Below are positions 20,094 to 31,792 of a stretch of DNA of 64,000 nucleotides, piece after piece. The translations under genes were made by a program, and so were the position numbers. Numbering within the stretch: the first letter of the stretch is position 1; every line of letters starts with the position of its first letter. Under the pieces are notes generated by a model. The model was not told where the DNA came from and ran no database searches. It saw nothing but the letters and a program-made list of their open reading frames with translations. Location of the stretch: the NCBI GenBank assembly GCA_963806225.1, contig CAWDXG010000001.1:576001-640000 (forward strand), given 5' to 3'. Source of the stretch: an uncultured delta proteobacterium. Lineage in GTDB: Bacteria > Myxococcota_A > Polyangia > Polyangiales > Polyangiaceae.

Positions 20094-20854
20094 TCAGTCG
20101 AGCCCCCCATCTGGGCCGCGACCGCCTCGTCGAGCAGCGCGCCGAGCACCTCGACGGTGTCGCGTCCCTCGGCCGCGCTGGCCTGCGCCGGGTAGCCGAA
20201 ATAGGCGCGCGGACCGCCGGCGGCCTCGAACGTGGACTTCCCCTCGCGGATGGCGCGGGACAGGCTTTCGGGGTTGTCGGGCAGCTCGCGGCGGATCTCC
20301 TCGCGCACCAGTTCGGGACGCTCGGCCATCACGATCGAGCCCTCGTACTGCCCAGCGTGGCACGCGCCGCTCTTGAACTCGTCGGTGAGCCTGAGCGCCC
20401 AGGGCTTGCGCGTCACATCGGGAAACACGACCGTGAGCAAGCCGGCCGCGGTGATGTGCTCGGCCGCGGCGTGCAGCGCGCCGATGTGCGCGGGCTCGAG
20501 GTGCGCGTTGGCGATTGCGAGATAGCGGATGCCGTGGGCCGACAGCGAGTGCGCGATGTCCTCGAGCAGCGCGCGCTCCGTTTCCGGCCGGAGCGATACC
20601 GTGCCCGCGAAGCCCGCTGCGTAGTTGGCCACGGTGTACGCGAGCGGCGGCGCGACCAGCGCCGTCACGCCGCGCTGGCCGAGCTTCCCGGCCCCGCGAC
20701 GCGCCATCGCCTGCGCAATGATCACATCCGTGCCGAGCGGCAGGTGCGGGCCGTGCGCCTCGGTCGCGCCCACCGGCAGGATCACGACGGCGCGCGCCTT
20801 GTCGAGGGCCCGAAGCTCTTCCCAGGTCAGGTCGGACAGGTCTGTGACAGCCAC
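20094..20854 (-). CDS. Creatininase family protein (3' end probably shifted at a G run near 20105)
   Basis: PVGATEAHGPHLPLGTD, NAH, CHAGQYEGS. Confidence 0.85.
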
Positions 20855-20938
20855 GCTCGCATTGTGAGGCGCGTGCCGCGCTGCGCCAAGCCGGCTTGCT
20901 CTCGACCCGGCGCGGGAGGCCGCGTAGGGTCCGGGCCC

Positions 20939-22542
20939 ATGTTCGGCGATCTTCCCGAGGATCTGAACCTGGCCGACCGCTTTCTCGACGCGCGCATCCG
21001 CGAAGGTCGGGGCGCGCGTACGGCGCTCATCGCCGGCGATCGGCGCGTGAGCTACGCCGAGGTGCAGGCGGCGGCCAACCGCTTTGCCAACGTGCTGGTC
21101 GAGCTGGGCGTGGAGCCGGAAGAGCGGGTGATCGTCGGCTTGCCCGACATTCCCGAGTACGTCGCGGCGCTGTTCGGCACGCTGAAGAACGGCTCGGTCG
21201 TGGTGATGGTCAACCCCGGCCTCGATCCGGACAACCTGCGCGTACTTCTACGACTACACGCGCGCCCGCGTCGCGGTGGTGCACGCGGACCATCTGGAAG
21301 CGTTCTCGAAGGCGGCGCTCGGCGCGCGCGATCTCGATGCGCTGCTCGTCGTTGGCGCCGGCGACAGGGCGCTGCCCGCCGAGCTCGAAGGTCCCGCGCA
21401 GGGTAGCGTCGCGGGGCGCCGCCGCGGTCCGGTGCGCGTCGTCGATCTCGACCGACGCATGGCCGCGGCCAGCGCCGGGTTCGACAACTACCCGACGCAC
21501 CGCGACGACGGTGCCATCTGGCTCTTCTCTGGTGGCACCACCGGTCGGCCCAAGGCGGTGGTGCAGACGCACGGCTCGTACGCGAACACGACGGCGCTCT
21601 ACGGCCACGGCGTGATCGGCTACACGGAAGACGACATCACGCTCAGCGTCCCCAAGCTCTATTTCGGCTACGCGACGGGCGCGAACCTCTTGTTCCCGTT
21701 CTCGGTCGGCGCCACCTCGATCCTGTTTCCCGATCGCTGCACTGCCGATCGCCTGTTCGAGCTGATCCGCGAGCACCGCCCCACGCTGCTCATCAACGTG
21801 CCGACGATGATCGGGCACATGGTCAGCCACGAACACGCGGCCGAGCAGGATCTGTCGTGTCTGCGGCGTAGCTACATCGGCGGGCGAGGCACTGCCCGTC
21901 GAGCTGTACGAGCGCTGGAAGAAGGCGTTCGGCGTGGAGCTCTGCGACGGGCTGGGCACGGCCGAGATGTGGCACGTGTTCCTCACCAACCGCCCCGGCG
22001 ACGTGCGCCCCGGAACGCTCGGGCGTGCGGTGCCCGGCTTCGACGTGAAGGTCGCCGACGACGAGGGCCGCGAATGCGCGCCCGGCGAAGTCGGCTACCT
22101 GTGGGTGCGTGGCGCCTCGCGCGCCATCCAGTACTGGCATTCCATGCCGAAGACGATGCGCGCCTTCCGCGGCGAGTGGTACGTCTCGGAAGACATGCTG
22201 CGCCGCGACGCCGACGGCTACTTCATCTACTGCGGCCGCGGCGACGACATGCTCAAGGTCGGCGGCAAGTGGCTCGCGCCGCAGGAAGTCGAGAACTGCC
22301 TGCTGCAGCATCCCGCCGTGAAGGAATGCGCCGTGGTCGGCGTGGTCAACGCGGAAGGTCTGGTGAAGCCGCATGCGTTCGTGATCCCAAGTGAACAGCG
22401 CGACGGCCTCGACGAGGAGCTCAAGGCCTTCGTGCGCGAGCGGATGGAGCCGTACAAGGCGCCGCGCCACGTCGCCATCGTCGACACGCTGCCGCGCACG
22501 CATCTCGGCAAGATCGATCGCGGCAAGCTCAGGCAGGGCTAG
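20939..22542 (+). CDS. Benzoate/aminobenzoate-CoA ligase family protein (frameshifts at ~21240, ~21870)
   Basis: WLFSGGTTGRPK, KLYFGY, DGLGTAEMWH, GRGDDMLKVGG, LPRTHLGKIDR. Confidence 0.9.
22075..22540 (+). repeat. 466-bp direct repeat, copy 1 (3' end of the CoA ligase gene)
   Basis: Matches 29008..29473 with no differences seen by eye; offset 6933. Confidence 0.95.
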
Positions 22543-22857
22543 ACGGGCCGAGTCCGGCCGCCAGCCTGTATTTTGGACGCGGGCCGCCCCTTGTTGAGCA
22601 AGAGAGCGCTCCACGTGGCATCGGGCTGCTACCGTGACCCATCTGTCAGCGCGGCCCGGGCTCGATTCCTCCCCACCGACCACGCTTGGATGAATCCATG
22701 TTTCGTTCAGACATGGAATTCCTAGGGTAAATTTCCCGCATTTTACAGTAATGCCGCGCTTGGGCCGGGGCACCCGCCGAGCGCGGCGTCAGGAGCCGCC
22801 AGAGTTACGTCTTGACGCTTCCGTTCGGCAGCGCGACCCTCCTGCACGGAGGCTCGC

Positions 22858-25800
22858 ATGGCACGCATCTCGCTCGCTCGCTCGCTCGCTCGCTTTCCAT
22901 ATTTCTCGGGTTGATCCTCGTCGTGAGCGCCGTTGGATGCGGCCAGAGCGATGTCAGCCGTACTTCCGCCGGGGGTACGGTGAACGACCTCCTCGCCAAT
23001 TCGACGCCGGTCGTCTCCGACTTCTCGGTGCCCGGTGGGAAGAAGAGAATCCTACGTCCTTCAAGGGCGACCGGATCCCGTTGTCGCCGCGCTGACCAAG
23101 GTTCTGGGAAAGGAGTCCGCCCAAGCCGAAATTGTGGTCAATCCGACCACGGCGCAGACTTCCGGAAATTGTACCGCGGGTTCCGGCCATGCATGCCTGA
23201 GGTTGAACGCCACCACGCCGTCTGGTGATGTCGAGTTCTTCGACCCGTCCGCGCACGCATACATCGACCCCCAGCGTTTCACACCGCCGACCAGCACTTT
23301 CCTTTCCTCGACCGAGATCGGCCTGGACCTCACGCAGTTCGAGCCCGGCTCGGACACGATCATCGACCCCGCGGGTTTCTCCTGGCACTTGGCCGCGGCC
23401 CTTCCTGATCGAGACAACGTAAGGGTGCTGATCCGCGCCAAGCCGTCTGAAGCGACTACGGGCATTCGCGACCAGTCGCGCGTTGCTCTCTGGATCCCCT
23501 TCGACGCCGAGGTCGAGGATCCGGCAAATCGGAACCATGCCTGCGGCTGCTTCGGGGGTGCATGCGACACCACCCTACTGGCAGACTGCACGCCCATCGT
23601 CCAGGCCGCGGAGGACTACGGCTGCAACCACGTTGCCCTGAGCATCAAGACGAACCACTTCCGCATCTGGTTCGGGCTGATGCCCCAGAAGATGCCGAAC
23701 TGCGATCCGGTCATCTACGATCACGAGCGCTCATGGATGGCGAATGTGCCGTTCGAGCAGGACTTCGACCAGCCATGCCTGACGGTCGCGCCGGTCATAA
23801 GCCCCGAGATAAACGTCGGCCCCGCCGCTGACGCAGGCGTCGAGCTCCATGTAACGCCCGGGGCGTGCACCCAGATTGACGACGTGGTCTGCGCTACCCT
23901 CGTCGAGTGCAAGGAGAAGGCGACGCAGGCCGGATCCAGGGTGCTAGCGCAGCAGCTATACTCCCGGATCCGTGATAACCTGGAGGCGGACCTGCAGCCG
24001 TATTTCCAGTCCAGCGGTGGCGTTTTCAAGCAGCAGGCTTCGACCCCCTGCTCGCTCCAGGACGGCGGCTGCCCCGTGCCCCAGATGGTCGGGGGATCGC
24101 TCACGGCGATCGGTTTCGGCTGGTTCGCCAACCTTTTCACGAAACCGGACGCACACTTCGACCAGCGCTACCTCATCACCGACGTCGAGCGGCAACACCA
24201 TTGCGAGTACGGGCGCCCGGTAGAAAACGAGTACGGCTTCTACTCCTGCGAGTGTGCGCCGCTGGACCTGGGCTGTCTACTGCACGGTGCTTCTCCTGCG
24301 GTCACCGGGGACATCCGCTTCGACTACGCGGTCGACACCGATGGCGACGGCGTGGACAACCTGGATGACAACTGCCCCAATAGCCCCGACCAGGCCGACG
24401 CGGACGCGGACGGGTACGGCGACGCATGCGATCCTTGCCCGTGTGCGCCGGACGAGCACGCGCTGAACGAGGACAGCAAGTGCGACGTGTGCGACGGGTC
24501 GATCAACGCCTTCTGCGACGGTTACTGCCAGGACAACCCTCCCGACAACTGTCCGTTCGGCATCGAGAATCCCGACCAGGCCAACTGCAACAGACGCGCG
24601 GAAGACGTGCTCGGCCTGCCCACGCGGGGGGACGCATGCGATCCCGTCCCCTGCGCCGCCGCCACCGGCGCGAGCACGGATCTCGTCAGCCAGTTCTCGG
24701 CGCCCCCGGGCAATCCGTGGGTCGCGAGCCAGCTGGTCGAGTGGCGGGGCGTGCAGTGGGGCAACATCAAGCCCGCGACGTCGCTTCTAGCGCGCGGCGA
24801 GACGGAACTGGCGCACTGCAATTGTCCTTCCACAGCGACCGACCTCGATCAGAAGATCGCGAACTGCCGTTCCTTTTTGGATGGATCGAACCGCTGCCAG
24901 ATCGGCAACCACAACGCACTCCCGAACGCGACGTGGAGGTCGGCCAACGGCGCGGAGTGGGTCTCCGAGACGACCACCGTGCCGGGTTCGGGATCCCTCG
25001 CCCGCAACCAGGTCTTCTCCTCCGCCTACGAGCTCAGCGACAAGCTCGCCCAGACAAGGCAGGCCGTCTGGCGTTTCGACCTGGACTTCGACCTCGCCGG
25101 CCAGCCCGACCCAACCGACTTCGACGACATGGTCACCCGCGCCAGCGAGCTGGACGGCCTGGGCTGGGCGCATACGCGGAGCTTCCAGGGCGTGGCGACG
25201 GACACGATCCCCCTCCCCGAAGCAGTGAACCTGCCCGGGGCAAGCTATAGCGACGCGGCCAGCCACTACTTCTCCCAGCGCCCGTCCCCCTTCCAGGTGC
25301 CCAACGTCCCACCGGTGCTGCGCTGCCCGCCGGGGGCACCGTGCGGGTTCAGCGCCTGGCCCGACCAGGTGTGCAAGGTGTGCACCCAGAGCCTGCTGCC
25401 CGGCTGGCTGCTCGTGAGCAGTCCGGCGATCGTAGAGGTCGCCGGCGGGCTCACGAGCGAGGTCACGCACCTGGTGGACCCGAGCCTGGCGACACTCCTC
25501 GAGGATCCGTCACTCCAGCTGGTGCCCTTCGCGGAGCCACACGCCGTTGTGGAGGCCTACGGCAGCTCGCTGGAGGCCGTCACACTCGATCCGACGACGC
25601 TCCAGCGGACGGCGGTCGTCTACGACGGACCGGACGGGCTGGTCGGGTTCCCGCTCAACCGACTCGTGGACGGCGATCCCCCGCCAGAACCGCGCGCCAT
25701 GACGGCGAGCGCCCTGGACGAAATGGTCTACGTGGTGCAGGCCGATCCCGGTCGCGGCGAGCAGCTGCTGGCTCTGTCGCTGGCACAGCCGGGAGTGGCG

Positions 25801-26379
25801 CCAGCGCCGGTGGCGCTCGACGGCGTCGACGAGACGACCGCAACCCCGCTGGCGCTCACGTACCGTGCCGCCGACCGGTCGTTGTATCTGCTCGACCGCA
25901 TCGGAAGCCGCCCCGAAAGCTTCCTCCGCATCCTGCGTGTGGATCCCCGGACTGGCGGTGAGATAGTGCTTGCTCGCTGGCGCTATCGCGGTCGCCACGA
26001 CACGCTCTATCTGTCCTCGGCCACCCCGGGCGAGCTCGTTCTGACCGCCAGCGGGACGCACCGCCACAACACGCTGATGATGACTCTCCTACCGACGGGC
26101 GGCAGTGTTTCCATCACGGGCTGGATCATGAAGCACGGCAGGCTACTCGCACCGCCGGAGACCCGCGGGCAGACCGGCTACAGCATGCTGATGGCTGGTC
26201 GGCACCACGTACCACGGGTCGTGGATGTGCCGGGCAGCTCGCTTCACCGGCCCGCCCGCGAAAGTGCTCACGATGGGTGGCGCAATCACGGACACCCTGA
26301 GCGCGCTCATCGCGGACACGGGAACGACCACGAGCCCTGGAAGCTGCCGGACGACGGATCGCCGGCGTGGTGCGACTGA
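22858..26379 (+). CDS. Large Cys-rich lipoprotein with thrombospondin type-3 repeats and a C-terminal beta-rich domain (three -1 shifts in the first ~240 bp)
   Basis: GGAGG then ATG at 22858; lipobox SAVGC in a shifted frame; DTDGDGVDNLDDNCP, DADADGYGDACD, RGDACD. Confidence 0.75.
22871..22894 (+). repeat. (CGCT)6 tetranucleotide repeat in the signal-peptide coding region
   Basis: Read directly from the sequence. Confidence 0.9.
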
Positions 26380-27815
26380 TGCGCACACAGGCGGCCGGCC
26401 TGACGCTGGCGGCGGCCGCCTTGGCTTGGGCGCTGTGGTCCGGCTGCGGGAGCGGCTCTCCGCCGTCCAGCATGTCGACCGGGGGCGGCGCCGGACAGGG
26501 CGGCGTGCCAGCAGATGGCGGCCTGGATTCGGTGGGGTCCGCCGGGGAGAGCGGTCTCGACGCGATGCCCGACGTTGGCTTGCCCTACCCTGGTGCCGAG
26601 GCGTGCCCAGGCAGGCCCGGCTGGTATCGCGCGCCGGGCCTGCCGGCGGGCTGCTTCTCGAGCTGCGTGCCGGATGACCCGAAGCTGCGTGTGCCCCCGT
26701 TGAAGTGGGACGCGCGGGACGACTGGTGCCCAGGGTGTAAATGGCTTGTGACGAGCTGGTGGCCAGGGGCGGGGCCGTACGATAGGCCGGTCCTCGCATT
26801 TGTCCACGGCAGCGGTGCGGGACCCTATCGTGTGGCCATCACCGCACATGAGCCGGACGACAGCTATGTGGTGGGACTTTATGACCCGAGTGGCCAGCCC
26901 GTCTTCGCCTTGCGTGGGGTCATCTCGACATCGTGCGGCGCTGCCCGTCTGGGCACCGGTCAGGACGGGACTTTCGCAATCGCGTACCGTACCGGCCTCT
27001 ACTCCAACCAGCGCTGGATGCTGCGGCCCGCGGATCGAGCCGCCGAGCTGATGAGCGCAACGCAGCCGGGTTTCACGTACGACGAGGCCTTCACCGGCAA
27101 GGATAGTTCTGGTGGCTCCTGGCTCACGGCGGACTGGATCGCCGACCGCTTCACCGGCTTCCTCTCGCTCGCCAACGTCAAGGCCGGCACCGCGACCAAA
27201 GTGAACAGCATGCCCGGCGCGCTGCCGGGCGAGTACGACTCCGCCGTGATCGTGGGCGATGCTGTGTTCGTGCAGCGCTACACGAACAAGTCCGACTGGA
27301 TGATCATCCAGAACGGTACGCTGAAGCCGTTCCTCGGCGGGCCGAACGTCGACATCGATCGATTCGCCACCGACGGGACCTGGATCGTGTGGAACGAAGG
27401 CTCGGAGCTCGTGACCGATCCCAGCGACCCGGGCCGGCTGATGGCGCAACGCCACGACCTGTACCGCTCGCCCTACACCACGGACCCCACGAAGCTCCAG
27501 CGGCAGCTGCTGGTGCCGGACACGCCGCAATTCTACGGCTACTCCACGCTGGCCAACGGCCACTTCACCGACATGTTCTTCGCGGACGCCGACTCGGGCG
27601 GTGCGGTACATGGCGACTCGTTCGTGGCCGACGTCCAGACGGGCCGCGCGTGGGAGAGCCACCTGCCGCAGAACTTCGTCTGGGGCAAGCAGAGCTACCC
27701 CACTGCCACCGAGCTCTGGGGCGGCATCATGCCGAATCTCTACAGTTTCGCGGCTCTCACGATCGCCCGGGTTCCCTATGCGGACATGACCCAGCTCCAG
27801 GCCGCAATGCCGTAG
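26379..27815 (+). CDS. Hypothetical lipoprotein
   Basis: TGATG overlap with the upstream gene; lipobox WSGC; beta-rich, Cys-containing. Confidence 0.75.
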   Translation: MRTQAAGLTLAAAALAWALWSGCGSGSPPSSMSTGGGAGQGGVPADGGLDSVGSAGESGLDAMPDVGLPYPGAEACPGRPGWYRAPGLPAGCFSSCVPDDPKLRVPPLKWDARDDWCPGCKWLVTSWWPGAGPYDRPVLAFVHGSGAGPYRVAITAHEPDDSYVVGLYDPSGQPVFALRGVISTSCGAARLGTGQDGTFAIAYRTGLYSNQRWMLRPADRAAELMSATQPGFTYDEAFTGKDSSGGSWLTADWIADRFTGFLSLANVKAGTATKVNSMPGALPGEYDSAVIVGDAVFVQRYTNKSDWMIIQNGTLKPFLGGPNVDIDRFATDGTWIVWNEGSELVTDPSDPGRLMAQRHDLYRSPYTTDPTKLQRQLLVPDTPQFYGYSTLANGHFTDMFFADADSGGAVHGDSFVADVQTGRAWESHLPQNFVWGKQSYPTATELWGGIMPNLYSFAALTIARVPYADMTQLQAAMP

Positions 27816-27844
27816 ACTGGAGGGCGCTCGTCGTCCTTGACTTC

Positions 27845-28534
27845 ATGCTTCTTCCCCTTCCAGTCTGGCTCGGCGTGGCGAGCCTCGCGATGCCGCCGGC
27901 CTCGGCCGCGCCGCCGGCGTCGCCACCCGGTGCATCCGCCGTCGCGTCAGCGCCGTCAGCATCCCATCGCGCCGCGCCGACACGCGTCGCCGAGCGGCCC
28001 GCGTCTCCTGCTCTGCGGAAGCCCGTGCCCCTGCACCTCATCGGTCGGCTGTCTGTCGGCTTCGGCCCGGTGATGCCGAGCGCGCAGGAGGGCGCACTCG
28101 CCACGGATGGCTACGCGGGCGGGCGCTGGCTGTTCATGCTGGACGGCGTCGGCATGCTCGGTCGGCGTTGGGGCCTGGGAGGCTTCCTCGCCGGCGGACT
28201 GCGCAGTGTGAGCGCCGACAACGCCTCGGCGAAGCTTTCGGACAAGCTCTTCTTTGTAGGCCCGGAGGCGATGTTGCTGGCAGGTGACGGCAGCTGCCGT
28301 TTCCCGCTGGTCGGGCGCGTTGGCTACGCTGGCGGTGCGGAAAGTCTGGGCAGCGGCGGTAGATGGCAAAGCGCACCGGCGTTGGGTCTCGAGGCGGGGC
28401 TGCTCTGCCTGCGCTTTCCGGTGGGTGCAGCTGCTGGTGTGCTCTTCGCGCCGGCAGGAGCGCCCGGAGATCAGGGGCGTGCCTGGAACATGGGGAGCTT
28501 TCATGTCTCGATTGTGTTTCATTTCGAGAAGTAG
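27845..28534 (+). CDS. Putative small outer-membrane beta-barrel protein
   Basis: Signal-like N-terminus, Pro/Ala linker, amphipathic strands, C-terminal VSIVFHFEK. Confidence 0.55.
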   Translation: MLLPLPVWLGVASLAMPPASAAPPASPPGASAVASAPSASHRAAPTRVAERPASPALRKPVPLHLIGRLSVGFGPVMPSAQEGALATDGYAGGRWLFMLDGVGMLGRRWGLGGFLAGGLRSVSADNASAKLSDKLFFVGPEAMLLAGDGSCRFPLVGRVGYAGGAESLGSGGRWQSAPALGLEAGLLCLRFPVGAAAGVLFAPAGAPGDQGRAWNMGSFHVSIVFHFEK

Positions 28535-29000
28535 GCGCCGCACCGTCCTCGCGGTTCTGGCCCTGCTGTCTGCCATCCCTGCGTGCTCGGGGCCCGATCT
28601 CTCGAAGCCGGTGCGGCAGCCGCAGCAGCTCGGCGACCTGTGCGGTGGCAACGCTTGCACCACGACGGGATCGGCACGGCGGACTACTGGTCTGACTTCC
28701 GATACCATCGGCTACCAGCTCGGCCCCGGCGCAGGTTCGCTCGTGCTGGCCAACGCGCCAAGCGGGCTCTCCGTGATGGTGCGCGGTCACGGGACTTTCT
28801 ACGTGGAACAAAGCGGCAACTTCGGCACCGACCATACGGTGCCCTCCGAGTACGCCTGGATAGACATCAACGGTCAGGACGCCGGCAGCACCGACATCAA
28901 GCTGTCCGTGGCCGATGACGGCTCCGGGTTGCGCGTCGCTGATCTGCGTACGACGACGAGTGCGTTCCGTTGCTCCATAGCGGCAGCCGGACCTCGGTGA
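28503..29000 (+). CDS. Hypothetical lipoprotein
   Basis: RRRTVLAVLALLSAIPAC lipoprotein signal; stop lies 7 bp before repeat copy 2. Confidence 0.7.
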   Translation: MSRLCFISRSRRRTVLAVLALLSAIPACSGPDLSKPVRQPQQLGDLCGGNACTTTGSARRTTGLTSDTIGYQLGPGAGSLVLANAPSGLSVMVRGHGTFYVEQSGNFGTDHTVPSEYAWIDINGQDAGSTDIKLSVADDGSGLRVADLRTTTSAFRCSIAAAGPR

Positions 29001-29007
29001 CTTGCCG

Positions 29008-29473
29008 TGCGCGCCCGGCGAAGTCGGCTACCTGTGGGTGCGTGGCGCCTCGCGCGCCATCCAGTACTGGCATTCCATGCCGAAGACGATGCGCGCCTTC
29101 CGCGGCGAGTGGTACGTCTCGGAAGACATGCTGCGCCGCGACGCCGACGGCTACTTCATCTACTGCGGCCGCGGCGACGACATGCTCAAGGTCGGCGGCA
29201 AGTGGCTCGCGCCGCAGGAAGTCGAGAACTGCCTGCTGCAGCATCCCGCCGTGAAGGAATGCGCCGTGGTCGGCGTGGTCAACGCGGAAGGTCTGGTGAA
29301 GCCGCATGCGTTCGTGATCCCAAGTGAACAGCGCGACGGCCTCGACGAGGAGCTCAAGGCCTTCGTGCGCGAGCGGATGGAGCCGTACAAGGCGCCGCGC
29401 CACGTCGCCATCGTCGACACGCTGCCGCGCACGCATCTCGGCAAGATCGATCGCGGCAAGCTCAGGCAGGGCT
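29008..29473 (+). repeat. 466-bp direct repeat, copy 2 (promoterless CoA-ligase 3' fragment, stop TGA at 29475)
   Basis: Matches 22075..22540. Confidence 0.95.
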
Positions 29474-29599
29474 GAACCGCGCGGGGATGCCGGATTTCGC
29501 TGGTCATGCCGGCAAGATCGGCACCACTCCGCCGCTCCCTGGCCCGATCGGGTACCAATTTCCTGGCTTCGGGGGCGGCAGGCCCTCTAGGGTGCGCGT

Positions 29600-30670
<1,071 letters not shown>

Positions 30671-30706
30671 TCCAGCTCGCCACCGAACGCCTACGGGGAG
30701 GCTCGC

Positions 30707-31684
30707 TTGCTCGATCTACAGCGTCTGCAGCGCATCAAGCTCGCCACACGGCCGAAGGGCCAGGTCGTCGTGGCCAACCTCGGTCTCTGGCTCGACTACC
30801 GCTTGCCGAAGCGGTCGGAGATCGTGATCGAGGGCAAAGAGCGGCTGCCCCCTGGGGGCGGCGCGTTCCTCGCGATGAACCACACTGATCGCTACAACTA
30901 CTGGCCGCTGCAGTACGCCATGTACCGAGCCGGGCTGCCGTTCACGGCGACGTGGGTGAAGGGAAAGTACTACGAGAACAACCTCGTCGGTCGCTTCATG
31001 GACTCGACGAACAACATCCCGACGCCGTCGCGCGGCTACGTGATCACCACGGAATTCCGGAAGGCAGCCGGTCGCCCGCCGAAGGAAGAGGAGTACCGCG
31101 TCCTCCGTGACCTGGTGGACGGCAAGCGCGCACCCTCGGAGCCGCTCCCGGAAGGCTCGAGCAGCGAGATCGCCGGCTTCATCGGCCAGGACGCGACGCC
31201 GTTCCTCGAGGGGTTCAACCAGCTCTTCGACCAGATGATCCGCGAGGTCATCGAGCTGAACCGCCGCGCCGTCGAGGAGCTCCATCTGGACGTGCTCGTG
31301 TTCCCACAGGGAACCAGGTCCAAGCGCCTTTCGCGCGGGCACAACGGTCTCGCCCAGATGACGCAGTATCTCGGCGCGCCGATCATTCCCATAGGCTGCA
31401 ACGGCAGCGATGGGCTCTATCCCGCGAACTCCCCGTTCTCCAAGGGCGGGCGCGTCGTGTACCGCGTCGGCGAGCCGCTCACCGTGGACGCGCCCGAGCT
31501 TGCGCCGTACCGCGTGCCGAAGGACGTGCTGCCGCTCACCGACGAGGCGAACAAGAAGCACGGCGAGCGCTACAGCGCGATCACGAAGATCGTCATGGAC
31601 CGCATCAACGACCTGCTCGACCCGGAGTACCAGTACGCCGAAGGGCTCGAGGGCGGCACGCAGGGCATGAACCGGTTCGTGTGA
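30707..31684 (+). CDS. Lysophospholipid acyltransferase (PlsC-like)
   Basis: AMNHTD and VFPQGTRS motifs. Confidence 0.8.
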   Translation: MLDLQRLQRIKLATRPKGQVVVANLGLWLDYRLPKRSEIVIEGKERLPPGGGAFLAMNHTDRYNYWPLQYAMYRAGLPFTATWVKGKYYENNLVGRFMDSTNNIPTPSRGYVITTEFRKAAGRPPKEEEYRVLRDLVDGKRAPSEPLPEGSSSEIAGFIGQDATPFLEGFNQLFDQMIREVIELNRRAVEELHLDVLVFPQGTRSKRLSRGHNGLAQMTQYLGAPIIPIGCNGSDGLYPANSPFSKGGRVVYRVGEPLTVDAPELAPYRVPKDVLPLTDEANKKHGERYSAITKIVMDRINDLLDPEYQYAEGLEGGTQGMNRFV

Positions 31685-31792
31685 TGGCCGGAAGGTCACG
31701 CCGCGCGCGCTGCCACGTCCGCTCCCCCAGGTCGCGGGCTTGACCGTCCGGGTGCGGTTCGCTACGGACGCCCTTCCTGCCGAGGAGGCATC

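Larger units (their letters stand above)
22541..29007 (+). mobile_element. Putative integrated cassette or islet between 466-bp direct repeats; no integrase
   Basis: Four co-oriented secreted or outer-membrane protein genes flanked by a duplicated gene end. Confidence 0.6.

Noticed and set aside
22075..29473. 466-bp repeats as a DGR template/variable pair or IS ends
   Set aside because: The copies show no adenine-specific differences, encode ligase sequence and lack a transposase or terminal inverted repeats.
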